A program made the position numbers and the translations under genes. Of a DNA stretch of 19,016 nt, positions 1 through 9,470 are shown in pieces. Location: contig WAKA01000117.1 in the NCBI GenBank assembly GCA_015523565.1, positions 1 through 19,016 of the forward strand. Reading direction: 5' to 3'. The stretch's first letter is position 1, and each line of letters opens with the position of its first letter. A model generated the notes under the pieces. That model had not been told where the DNA came from, searched no databases, and worked only from the letters and a program-made list of their open reading frames with translations. The stretch is from Candidatus Heimdallarchaeota archaeon (lineage in GTDB: Archaea; Asgardarchaeota; Heimdallarchaeia; Heimdallarchaeales; Kariarchaeaceae).

Positions 1-51
1 TATATGACCTGTCTATAATTAATATGTCTAAAACTGATATATGGTGATGCT

Positions 52-2613
52 ATGACTGAAACATTAGCTAAAAAAAAGTTTACAATCGAAGGAATGACCT
101 GCGCAAGCTGTGTCCAAACAATTGAGAATTATGTCGGCAAGAAAGACGGAATCAAAAATATTCAAATCAATCTTCTTGCTGAAGAGGCTGAGGTTGAGTT
201 TGATCCCAATTCTGTTGATGAGAACACAGTTATGGAATGGGTCAGCGATATAGGTTACAAAGCCAAACCACTTGAAGAGAGCCAACAAGGTGAAGTGATT
301 TTAGATATTGAAGGGATGACCTGTGCATCTTGTGTTAACACTATTCAAAGTTATGTTGGTTCTCTTGAAGGTGTTAAAGAAGTTTCTATAAATCTTACAA
401 CTGAAAAAGGACGAGTTGTATTTGATGATTCAAAGATTGGTGTAAGAGATATAATTAATGCAATCTCTGATGTGGGATACAAAGCAAAACTATCTCAAGA
501 AAAAGTTGATGTTGAACGCCTAGAAAGAAAACAAGAAATCGAAATGTGGAAGAAAAAACTAACCATTAGTGTGATTTTATCCACCCCTGTATTTTTGATT
601 GCAATGATTTTCAATTATCTTAATCTTGGTGCATTTTCTGATTTTCTAAATTATGAAGTAATCCCACAAGTTGAATTAAGTTCTGTTATTGAATTGATTT
701 TCGCGACCCCTGTGCAATTTTGGGTTGGTAAAGATTTCTATGTCAAAGCGTACAAGGCTCTAAAACATAAGGCTGCAACCATGGATACTCTTGTTGCCTT
801 AGGAACATCTGCAGCATACTTTTATGGCGTTTTTGTGATGGTTTACTCATACTTTGTCCCAGAATTCGAAGGAGAGGTGTTTTTTGAAACATCTGCATTA
901 TTAATCACCTTTATTGTCCTTGGAAAATATCTCGAGGCAAGTGCAAAAGGTAGAACATCGGAAGCTATCAAAAAGTTGGTTGAGTTACAGGCAAAATCTG
1001 CAGTTATTGTTGAATTGGATGAAAATGGCAATGAGGTTAAGTCAGAAGAAGTTCCTATTGAACTCATACAAAAAGGGGACATTATGAAGGTATATCCTGG
1101 AGAAAAAGTTCCGACTGATGGTATTATTATAAAAGGCGAGACTGCAATTGATGAATCAATGATTACTGGAGAATCAATGCCAGTTAACAAAAAAGTAGGT
1201 GACGAGGTGATTGGTGCAACAGTTAATCAGCAAGGTGTGATTTATGTCAAAGCAACAAGAGTTGGAAACGAGACTGCACTTGCACAAATTGTCAAACTTG
1301 TCCAAGATGCTCAAACATCTAAGGCTCCAATCCAAAACTTGGCTGATAAAATATCTGGTGTATTTGTCCCTATTGTAATTTCAATCGCTGTACTTGATTT
1401 CATTGTTTGGTACTTGTTAATTACCTATGGGATTGTTCCAGCTTCTTGGTTGCCTCCTGGAACCTCTCCTTTCCTTTTCTCATTTATTCTTGCGGTCTCT
1501 GTACTAGTGATTGCCTGTCCGTGTGCATTGGGACTTGCAACACCAACAGCAGTTATGGTTGGAACAGGTATCGGTGCAGAAAATCATATCCTAATTAAGG
1601 GTGGTGAACCTTTAGAAACAGCACATAATATTTCTGCTATAATTCTTGATAAAACTGGTACCATTACTCATGGTAAACCTGAAGTAACAGATGTTATCTC
1701 TCTCAATGGAGTTGAGGAAAAAGATCTTGTTTTCCTTGCTTCATCTGCAGAATCTGGATCTGAACATCCCTTGGGAAGGACAATCGCAAATTATGGAAAG
1801 GCTATATTGGGAAACTTGGAAAATCCTGAAAAATTTGAAGCAATTGTTGGAAAGGGAATTATTGCAACTGTTTCAAATCAACGGGTGCTCATTGGATCCC
1901 GAACATTGCTGGAAGAAAACGGAATTAAGGTGGACAATGACGTTGAAGATCAATTACAGAAATTGGAAATGCAAGGTAAAACAGCAATGCTGGTGGCAAC
2001 CGATAAACCATTAGGAATCATTGCTGTCGCAGACACAATCAAACCTGAGTCCATAACCGCTGTCAACAAAATGAAAGAAATGGGTATTGAGGTTTGGATG
2101 GTCACTGGTGACAATATTAGAACTGCAAAAGCAATCGCGGCACAAGTGGGCATTGAAAATGTGTTTGCAGAAGTCAAGCCTGACGAAAAAGCAATGAAAG
2201 TTAAGGAACTCCAAGACCAAGGTCATGTGGTTGCTATGGTTGGTGATGGCATTAATGACTCTCCTGCACTTGCCCAAGCTGATGTGGGAATTGCAATTGG
2301 CGCAGGAACTGACGTAGCCATAGAAACAGCAGACATTGTTCTAATGAGAAGTGACCTAAGAGATGTGGTTGTTGCCATTGACTTATCAAAAACCACTTTC
2401 AACAGGATCCGATGGAATTTTGTCTGGGCATTTGGATATAATGTCGCAGGTATTCCATTGGCCGCTGGTGTTTTCATTCCAATCATCCGTGCAATTACAG
2501 GAACTACTTTTGTTCTCCCACCCGCTGTTGCAGGTGCCGCTATGGCATTCTCTTCAGTTTCTGTCGTTACAAGCTCATTACTCCTGAAAAAATACAAAAA
2601 ACCTCAATTCTAA
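52..2613 (+). CDS. copA: Cu(I)-translocating P1B-1 type ATPase
   Basis: Two N-terminal GMTCASC metal-binding domains, TGES actuator motif, CPC in TM4, DKTGT phosphorylation site, [15 protein letters not shown], and the Cu(I) signatures YN and MAFSS. SD GGTGAT at 43-48. Confidence 0.97.
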   Translation: MTETLAKKKFTIEGMTCASCVQTIENYVGKKDGIKNIQINLLAEEAEVEFDPNSVDENTVMEWVSDIGYKAKPLEESQQGEVILDIEGMTCASCVNTIQSYVGSLEGVKEVSINLTTEKGRVVFDDSKIGVRDIINAISDVGYKAKLSQEKVDVERLERKQEIEMWKKKLTISVILSTPVFLIAMIFNYLNLGAFSDFLNYEVIPQVELSSVIELIFATPVQFWVGKDFYVKAYKALKHKAATMDTLVALGTSAAYFYGVFVMVYSYFVPEFEGEVFFETSALLITFIVLGKYLEASAKGRTSEAIKKLVELQAKSAVIVELDENGNEVKSEEVPIELIQKGDIMKVYPGEKVPTDGIIIKGETAIDESMITGESMPVNKKVGDEVIGATVNQQGVIYVKATRVGNETALAQIVKLVQDAQTSKAPIQNLADKISGVFVPIVISIAVLDFIVWYLLITYGIVPASWLPPGTSPFLFSFILAVSVLVIACPCALGLATPTAVMVGTGIGAENHILIKGGEPLETAHNISAIILDKTGTITHGKPEVTDVISLNGVEEKDLVFLASSAESGSEHPLGRTIANYGKAILGNLENPEKFEAIVGKGIIATVSNQRVLIGSRTLLEENGIKVDNDVEDQLQKLEMQGKTAMLVATDKPLGIIAVADTIKPESITAVNKMKEMGIEVWMVTGDNIRTAKAIAAQVGIENVFAEVKPDEKAMKVKELQDQGHVVAMVGDGINDSPALAQADVGIAIGAGTDVAIETADIVLMRSDLRDVVVAIDLSKTTFNRIRWNFVWAFGYNVAGIPLAAGVFIPIIRAITGTTFVLPPAVAGAAMAFSSVSVVTSSLLLKKYKKPQF

Positions 2614-2673
2614 GACTAAATTGAAACTGAAAAAAACTACTGATAAAAATTCAAAATTATAAAATTTGTAATT

Positions 2674-2895
2674 TTATTCAACTTTTGCTTCAACTACTTT
2701 GTATCCTAATTGATTTATCGCTTCAACAACTGTATCTTTTTGGCTTGGGTCTGCAATATCCAATTCCCCTTTACCAGATTCCCAATCAACATTGATGTTT
2801 TCGGCAAAGTCAAATTTTCTCAAACGTGCAGTAATGCTATTGGAGCACCCTCCACATGTCATTCCTTCAATTTTTAGTACTAAATGGGTTGCCAT
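2674..2895 (-). CDS. copZ: Copper chaperone / single HMA-domain protein (CopZ/Atx1-like)
   Basis: 73 aa with GMTCGGC and a C-terminal AINQLGY pattern typical of HMA domains. SD AGGTGAT on the minus strand at 2901-2907. Adjacent to copA. Confidence 0.9.
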   Translation of the reverse strand: MATHLVLKIEGMTCGGCSNSITARLRKFDFAENINVDWESGKGELDIADPSQKDTVVEAINQLGYKVVEAKVE

Positions 2896-3222
2896 ATCGT
2901 ATCACCTAATTCTTTATGATATGTTGTTTTTTGATACATTCTGAGAATTATAAATATTTAGATGAGGGTATGATCCACCTCTGTTAATTACCTCTTAAAT
3001 AAATGTTGTCTGCCATTTATCCATCATGTCTGATTTGTTTCAATGTTGTATGTTCTCAGTTTAAAATTCCATTTACTTTTATCTATCTCTCCCTCTTTTT
3101 TATTAAATGTCAAAATAAACCTTTGATTGTGAGACAACCTCATTTTCTTCAATTCATTGTGGAAACTCTAATAAACAACCCTTACAATTATCAATTGATT
3201 ACTCCAAGGGAGGGTGTTTAAG

Positions 3223-4812
3223 ATGGATGAAAGTCAAGTAATCGGTGCAGTCTTCTCAAAAACTACTCCTCATGAATTCATGTTTGTCATTGACATTGAA
3301 CAAACTGAAAACCGTCCTGTTGAAGTGGGTGAATATGTTGGATTCTATTTGTTCAATAGACCTGCAATTGGCGTTGTTTCCTCAATTGAACGAGTCAACG
3401 AGGAAATCATTGACAGCTTGGCCAGTTCGCCTGCATCAATCAGACGAATGCGGGAACTTGCAATGGAACCTGGTGCTGAAAAACTTGTAGCAACTGTAAA
3501 AATACACGGATTTGTTGAGGAAAATGGTCGTGTGACAAAACCGCGATTTCCCCCTCTTCCAGGCTCATCTGTCTTCCGTGATCCCAATGACGAATTGCGA
3601 ACTGCCATGGGCACAGGTGAAATTACCATTGGTACATTGTTGGCAAATCCCCAAGTGAATGTAACCCTTAAGATTCAAGCGTTGTTAAGCCGTCATTTTT
3701 CAGTTTTGGCTGTGACTGGTGCAGGAAAAAGTTATACTGTCTCTGTCATCTTGGATCAAATAATGAAAACGTTCCCTAAATCTTCAATTGTGATTATTGA
3801 TCCACATGGGGACTATTTCTTTTTCCGTGACCTGTTCGGCGAACGAGTCCAAATATTTACTCCAGATGGACATAACAATACAACTCGACTAAAATTCAAA
3901 ATAAGCAACTTTTCAACCTCTGAACTGGAAAAATTTGCCAATATCCCCTCTAATGCAACAAATCAATTGAACCGTTTTGAAGAAATTGTCCGTACGTTAC
4001 GGGAAAGTGCCGATGATTGGGATTTTGATGATGTCCGTAGATTATTGCTTGATTATGCAAATAATATCGATAATCCTTCAAAAGAGCGTGATGTGGCTTG
4101 GAGCACGTTTAGGAGGATGAGGACAGGAAGGATTCCTGAAGAGTCATTCCTTGACAAGACTGTGGAAACTGATTTATATAACGAAAATGCTCCTTGCTTA
4201 GTTAAACCAGGTCAAATGACAATAATCGGAACTGGTCTTCTCCCGAAAAGAGGAAAAGAGACCCTTGTCAGGCAAGTTCTTACTCGAATTTTTGAAGGGG
4301 CGGTTGCATGGAGACTAGGATTGGAAAATCGACCTAAAATTGTCAATCCTGTACTTGTTGTTGTTGAAGAAGCTCATCAATTTGCCCCACCCGACGATAC
4401 TGCATGCAAGGAAATCATTTCACAAATTGCGGCAGAAGGTCGAAAATTCGGCGTGGGTCTTGGTATAATAAGTCAACGACCTGGCAAAATTGATGAAAAT
4501 GTTCTTTCTCAGTGTAACACACAAATAACATTGAAAATAACTAATCCAAAAGACCAAAGGGCAATTGAAAATGCAAGTGAAACAATGTCTGCTGATTTCA
4601 TGAAAGACCTGCCAGGATTGAATACAGGTGAGGCAATCATTACGGGATCCGCTATTGGTCTTCCATCAATGGTTCGCATCAACAAGATAGATGCAACTCC
4701 CAGTGGTGATGACATAGACGTTGTTGGGCTTTGGAAGGAACTTCCTTCTTCTGATGAGCTCCAAACAATTGAATCTGTTGAAGCCGACGATGATTTGGGT
4801 GATCTCCTATGA
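3223..4812 (+). CDS. herA: HerA bipolar DNA helicase/translocase (FtsK-HerA ATPase)
   Basis: N-terminal HAS-barrel-like region, Walker A AVTGAGKS, IDPHGDY, Walker B VVVEEAH, EGRKFG arginine finger, SQRP. Start moved from GTG 3214 to ATG 3223 because SD GGGAGG lies at 3208-3213. Overlaps mre11 by ATGA. Confidence 0.93.
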   Translation: MDESQVIGAVFSKTTPHEFMFVIDIEQTENRPVEVGEYVGFYLFNRPAIGVVSSIERVNEEIIDSLASSPASIRRMRELAMEPGAEKLVATVKIHGFVEENGRVTKPRFPPLPGSSVFRDPNDELRTAMGTGEITIGTLLANPQVNVTLKIQALLSRHFSVLAVTGAGKSYTVSVILDQIMKTFPKSSIVIIDPHGDYFFFRDLFGERVQIFTPDGHNNTTRLKFKISNFSTSELEKFANIPSNATNQLNRFEEIVRTLRESADDWDFDDVRRLLLDYANNIDNPSKERDVAWSTFRRMRTGRIPEESFLDKTVETDLYNENAPCLVKPGQMTIIGTGLLPKRGKETLVRQVLTRIFEGAVAWRLGLENRPKIVNPVLVVVEEAHQFAPPDDTACKEIISQIAAEGRKFGVGLGIISQRPGKIDENVLSQCNTQITLKITNPKDQRAIENASETMSADFMKDLPGLNTGEAIITGSAIGLPSMVRINKIDATPSGDDIDVVGLWKELPSSDELQTIESVEADDDLGDLL

Positions 4813-6245
4813 AATTCATTCATACTAGTGATTGGCATCTGGGATATGCACAATACAACCTTGAAGCTAGATTTAATGATTTTTTCAGGGCTGCTGTATA
4901 TACTGTCGATAAAATCATTGAACTGAACCCTGATTTTGTAATCCATACTGGTGATATTTTCCATCATAGCAAACCCACCCCAGGTGCGATTAGACACGCT
5001 GTATTTATCCTCCAAAAGTTAAAGAAAGCGGGTATCCCATTCTACCTTATCCGTGGAAACCACGATGCAAAAACATCTCGTGAGCTTGCTTATGGAGGGA
5101 CATCACTTAAACTATTAAGTGAACTCAAATTAATTGAGTATATTGATGACAAAACAATCTTGCTTGATGAACTGAACGTGGCAATTGCTGGAATTGGTCA
5201 TTACTTTGGCACGTTGGCTGAAAGAAAAGTGAAAGAGGTACTTTCAAATTCAAAAATTCCCAGTAACTATTTTAAAATCCTTGCCCTCCATAATTTTATC
5301 CAAGGACAACTGGACAAGGTTTCTGAAACTGTTTCTATTGGTCTTATAGATTCCCTGAATCTTGACTATGTTGCTGGAGGACATTACCATATCCCTTGGG
5401 TAAGAGATAATGTCAACATTTGGGTTCCTGGGAGTAGTGAAGCAACATCTGCGAATGATTGGCGAAGGGACGATGTCTTATTCAATTCTGTTTCTGTATA
5501 CTCTTCTTTTTACGAAATCGAAGCTGTAAACAAATCTGGTAAATGGGAAAAAACTGTGAGAACACATAAAATCCCCATTCGTCCAAAGATTTTTCTGAAA
5601 GTTGAATCTTATGCAGAAACAGCCTCCGAGGTCAAAAAGGAATTGATTGATGAAATTCAAGAGAAAATGGTCAAGCTACATGACTATTTTCAAACTGAAC
5701 ATGAAGATTTTCTTGTAAAATATAAGAAATACAAGGATATACTTCATAAGCCCGTTGTAAGAATTCATCTTTCAACGGATATGAGACGGGAGGAAATGGA
5801 TCTCTTTCAACCCTCTGATATTCAGACTGATCTTGACTTGCTTAAACTTGAAATAATTATTAATCAAGAGGAAGACGAATTCTATATCCCCACAGAAACT
5901 ATTTCTACCCTTCATATCGACCAAATCATAAAAGAACTTAGCATAGAGATGGGAGGTGAGGAAATATATCCCCTTGTTCAAAAGGTGATCCAAGAATTCG
6001 ATAACCGCCCAGTCTCTAGGGATCTTAATGATGAGGAAATTGATCGTTTTATAGGTTTTGTTGAAACTGGAGTTTCCAATGAAACTCATGAAATAAATGG
6101 AAAAAGCATGGATAAAGCAGAATTGAATAAGAATCTTGAGGAAACGTCTAAAGATAGATCAAACCCAAAAAAAAGAGAAACCAGCACTCAGAATGAGTCT
6201 TCGACAATTACCATAAAAAGTTCATTGGAGGATTGGTTGAAATGA
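4809..6245 (+). CDS. mre11: DNA double-strand break repair nuclease Mre11
   Basis: Metallophosphoesterase motifs SDWHLG, GDIFH, GNHD, ALH, GHYH. Lies between herA and rad50 with ATGA overlaps on both sides. SD GGTGA at 4798-4802. Confidence 0.95.
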   Translation: MKFIHTSDWHLGYAQYNLEARFNDFFRAAVYTVDKIIELNPDFVIHTGDIFHHSKPTPGAIRHAVFILQKLKKAGIPFYLIRGNHDAKTSRELAYGGTSLKLLSELKLIEYIDDKTILLDELNVAIAGIGHYFGTLAERKVKEVLSNSKIPSNYFKILALHNFIQGQLDKVSETVSIGLIDSLNLDYVAGGHYHIPWVRDNVNIWVPGSSEATSANDWRRDDVLFNSVSVYSSFYEIEAVNKSGKWEKTVRTHKIPIRPKIFLKVESYAETASEVKKELIDEIQEKMVKLHDYFQTEHEDFLVKYKKYKDILHKPVVRIHLSTDMRREEMDLFQPSDIQTDLDLLKLEIIINQEEDEFYIPTETISTLHIDQIIKELSIEMGGEEIYPLVQKVIQEFDNRPVSRDLNDEEIDRFIGFVETGVSNETHEINGKSMDKAELNKNLEETSKDRSNPKKRETSTQNESSTITIKSSLEDWLK

Positions 6246-9058
6246 CATTTTTCAAAATTAACAAATTAACTCTTAGTAATATCAGATGCTATAATGATGC
6301 AACATTTCAATTTTCTGACAACAGAAACGTCTTGGTTGGTACTAACGGAGCAGGGAAATCCACTATCATCAACTCTATAGGCATTGGACTCTTTGGTAAG
6401 GACTACTTGAACAAGATGTCATTGAACACAAAAGATTTGATCAAATGGGGTGAAAATAAGGGGAAAATCAATCTGGAATTTTCAACCGAAAAAGGAAAAT
6501 ACCGTTCTGTTTTTGAAATCTCTGAAAAAGGAAAAAATAGCTGGAAACTCTATGACCTAAACACAGGAAAAGCAAAACAGATTACTACCAAGATAACGGA
6601 AACAAAAGAAAAAATAATCGAACTTCTTGATGGATACCTTGATGAAGTGACTTTCAAAAACGCAGTTTGTAGCCCTCAAGGAATGATTACAAATCTTCTT
6701 GACCTTACCCCTAAGGAAAGGCAAAAGCAGATCTACCAAATCTTGGGTGTTGAACAATTCGAAAAAACATTCGAACTGACAAATAAACTGATCAAGAAAC
6801 TTGAAAACAGAAAAAAAACTCTGGTTGAAAAGATTGAGACTCTTGAAAGTGTTATTGTTCCTATTGATAAGTTACAAAAAGAATTGGACGACCTCAATGA
6901 AGAATTTAACAAACTCAGTAAGATGCTTCCAATTAAGCAAAAAGAAGCTGAAACCCTTCGTAAAAAGATACATTCACTTGAAGAAAAAAAGAGCCATTAT
7001 GAAAAACTCCTCACACAACAACGCACTATCGAAAACGATATTGAAACCCTGAACAAAGAAAAAGCATCTTATGAAAAATCATTGGAATCTCTAAAAGCAG
7101 AAACAAAGATTAATGTGTCTACAATAAATGAACTGAACGATATTTCTGGAAAATTAAACAATGAAATCAAGGAAATGCAAAAACAAAAAATAGGATTGAC
7201 CAATGAAAAGCAAAAGTATCAAGAAACTAAAAAACACATTGAGGATGATGAAAAATCCCTAAATCAAAATAACAAACAATTGGAAATGAAAAAGTCTCAA
7301 ATTTCTGAGCTATTGCAAAAAGCTGGAACTGAAAATATCGATGAATTAGAAGAACAAATAAAACAGCTAGATACGAAAATTGCACTTTATAATCAAGAAA
7401 TCAATGAAATCAAAAAATCTATTGAACATCTCAAGACTATAAAAAAACAGCATGAACAGACTATCTCGAAATATAATGAAAAATATGGTCGCTTGGTAAA
7501 GCAATTCGAAGAGGCATTTAAAACAAAGATAGGAATGTTTGATAGCGTAATCAATCAAGTTCAAGAAAATATATCCACATTGGAAAAAGAACTTGACAAA
7601 TCACAAAAACAACGGGATAGCCTTAAAGATGAAATATCTGCTGTAAATACCGAAATCTCTCAAAAAAGAGATGTGATCAAGATTTTAAATCAGTCAAAAA
7701 CCAATGCTCAAAATTGCCCAACCTGCTATCAATCATTGAAAAACGTGGACATCTCATCCCTCATTTCAATGCATGAGACCGATGTGAATAAACTTGTTGC
7801 AAAAAAGACAAAACTTGATCATACATTAATGGAAACGAACCAACTTATCCAAACAAAAAAACAAGAACTTGACATGATGCAAAAGAAAATGAAAAGCCTT
7901 GAAAAAATAAAACAAAACCTGGATGAGTTGAAGAATGAAAAAGACGAACTTGAACATGCCAAAAACGAACTTACAATCATCAATAAGAAAATCAATGAAA
8001 AGAAACAGGAACTTCAGACAAAACAAAAAACAAATATCTCTGATTATGAAAAAGAGAAGACACAACTTCTTAAAATTAAAAACCATTACAGAACAATAGA
8101 AAAGGACATTGTCTCTTTGAAGGCAAGAATTTCCCAACTTGAAAGACAAATTAAGAAAAATAAGGATGCCCTCTCAAAAATAAATTTCCAAAAAATTGTT
8201 CAAGATCTCGACATATTGGAAATGCAATTGAAAAATAAACAGAATTTGTATCGAGTACTTACATCCAAATATTCACAATCTCTTCAAAACTTGGAAAATA
8301 AAAAAATAGCTCTTAAAGAAAAATCCTCAAAATTAAAGGAGATTAAAAAGCAACTCGAAAGTATAGACCCTAAGGAATTCAATTCTGAAATCCTCTCGTC
8401 ACTAAAACGACAACAATCTGATGTTGATAAGGCTGTTGGTGCACTTACTCTAAAACATGATCAACTTAAAAATGAACAGATCCCCAATAAGGAAAAAGAG
8501 CTAAAGGATGCAAAAACTAGAATGTCTGAGGTCAATGAAAGCAAAAACAGAGTCAAAACCATTGAAAATGCAATTGACACTTATTCCCTGATTAGTCAAA
8601 TAATCAAAGAGATTCCAAGAACTGTGTTAATAAACATCACATCTTCTGTTTCTGCCCAAACAACAAGACTTGTTCAAAGATTCATGCCAACACATGGATT
8701 TTCCTCAATTAAACTTAATTCTGATGGATCTCTCCAAATTGTTCGCAATGGTCATGAAATAGATTTGCATTCCCTTTCCGGCGGTGAGAAAACAGTTCTT
8801 GCACTTGCTCTGAGGGTTGCACTAACAACAAAGGTTGTTCCCCTTAACTTTATGATCTTGGATGAACCCACTCAACACCTAGACCGAGCTCGTATCGAGG
8901 AGTTTATCGAGATAATGGATCGTGGAAATATCTTCGGGGGGATCAATAGTCAAGTTATACTTGTGACTCATGTTGATGAGTTCAAAAGGGTTGCAGATCA
9001 AGCGATCGAAATAACTGTTGGCTCTCATAATCAAAGAACTGTGTTGGTTCAAAATTAA
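6242..9058 (+). CDS. rad50: DNA double-strand break repair ATPase Rad50
   Basis: Walker A GTNGAGKS, Q-loop SPQG, long coiled coil with central zinc hook CPTC (7715-7726), signature LSGGE, Walker B/D-loop LDEPT, H-loop VTH. ATG 6242 preferred over TTG 6233 (ATGA overlap with the mre11 stop; SD GGAGG at 6227-6231). Confidence 0.96.
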   Translation: MTFFKINKLTLSNIRCYNDATFQFSDNRNVLVGTNGAGKSTIINSIGIGLFGKDYLNKMSLNTKDLIKWGENKGKINLEFSTEKGKYRSVFEISEKGKNSWKLYDLNTGKAKQITTKITETKEKIIELLDGYLDEVTFKNAVCSPQGMITNLLDLTPKERQKQIYQILGVEQFEKTFELTNKLIKKLENRKKTLVEKIETLESVIVPIDKLQKELDDLNEEFNKLSKMLPIKQKEAETLRKKIHSLEEKKSHYEKLLTQQRTIENDIETLNKEKASYEKSLESLKAETKINVSTINELNDISGKLNNEIKEMQKQKIGLTNEKQKYQETKKHIEDDEKSLNQNNKQLEMKKSQISELLQKAGTENIDELEEQIKQLDTKIALYNQEINEIKKSIEHLKTIKKQHEQTISKYNEKYGRLVKQFEEAFKTKIGMFDSVINQVQENISTLEKELDKSQKQRDSLKDEISAVNTEISQKRDVIKILNQSKTNAQNCPTCYQSLKNVDISSLISMHETDVNKLVAKKTKLDHTLMETNQLIQTKKQELDMMQKKMKSLEKIKQNLDELKNEKDELEHAKNELTIINKKINEKKQELQTKQKTNISDYEKEKTQLLKIKNHYRTIEKDIVSLKARISQLERQIKKNKDALSKINFQKIVQDLDILEMQLKNKQNLYRVLTSKYSQSLQNLENKKIALKEKSSKLKEIKKQLESIDPKEFNSEILSSLKRQQSDVDKAVGALTLKHDQLKNEQIPNKEKELKDAKTRMSEVNESKNRVKTIENAIDTYSLISQIIKEIPRTVLINITSSVSAQTTRLVQRFMPTHGFSSIKLNSDGSLQIVRNGHEIDLHSLSGGEKTVLALALRVALTTKVVPLNFMILDEPTQHLDRARIEEFIEIMDRGNIFGGINSQVILVTHVDEFKRVADQAIEITVGSHNQRTVLVQN

Positions 9059-9330
9059 CCTCCACCTGCCGGAGGAAGGATAACAAGTGTGTCCCCCTCT
9101 TTCAATTCTTTTTCTTTTAATTCTGTGTGAGGTATCTGGTCTCCATTAACAGCAAATACAAAGTCTTTGTTTATCTCTCCATTCTTTACCAAAATATCCT
9201 CTAACGTTGGATACTGTGAAATTAACTGATGAATGATTTCTTTCACTTTTGTTGCATTCACATTCAACTCTACTTGTTTTGAGCCTAATTGTTCCCTTAT
9301 GAATGCAAAAGAACGTATTTTGATTTTCAT
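9055..9330 (-). CDS. MoaD/ThiS/SAMP-family ubiquitin-like sulfur carrier or protein modifier
   Basis: 91 aa beta-grasp pattern (IKIRSFAFIRE, AVNG, LKEGDTLVILPP) ending in PPAGGG. The exact role (MoaD vs SAMP/Urm1-like) cannot be resolved from sequence alone. Confidence 0.9.
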   Translation of the reverse strand: MKIKIRSFAFIREQLGSKQVELNVNATKVKEIIHQLISQYPTLEDILVKNGEINKDFVFAVNGDQIPHTELKEKELKEGDTLVILPPAGGG

Positions 9331-9436
9331 TACCTTGTGTATGTCCTCCGCAATAATGAACTATTGCATATCTTCCTAAATTTTTTTCCCATTTCTACAA
9401 GCTCATGAGCTACCCCAAGAGTTCTTTAGTTGTAGG

Positions 9437-9442
9437 TATAAA
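9437..9442 (+). promoter_or_regulatory. Putative archaeal TATA box for the surface-protein gene
   Basis: TATAAA about 30 nt upstream of ATG 9471. No SD precedes this ATG, which fits a leaderless or short-leader mRNA. Confidence 0.45.
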
Positions 9443-9470
9443 GCACCAAAGACTCATAATTGTAATTAGC

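Noticed and set aside
3190-3199. Perfect palindrome ATCAATTGAT upstream of herA
   Set aside because: Short, AT-rich and single-copy, so it cannot be told from chance.
3003-3221. 72-aa ORF upstream of herA, and a 39-codon minus-strand ORF at 3024-3143
   Set aside because: No SD or recognisable motif, composition like AT-rich intergenic DNA, and no NurA-like remnant recognised.
4509-5015. 168-aa minus-strand ORF
   Set aside because: Antisense shadow of herA/mre11 with no motifs.
6800-8550. A-rich quasi-repetitive DNA in rad50
   Set aside because: Explained by Lys/Glu/Gln-rich coiled-coil coding. No discrete repeat unit or CRISPR-like spacing.
3223-9330. HerA + nuclease + SMC-like ATPase + Ubl read as a novel anti-phage system
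   Set aside because: Motifs and gene order match the housekeeping archaeal HerA-Mre11-Rad50 repair operon. The Ubl is on the opposite strand with no E1/E2/JAB partners.
9405-9470. N-terminal extension of the surface-protein ORF
   Set aside because: It would mask the signal peptide and it spans the likely TATA box, so ATG 9471 is preferred.
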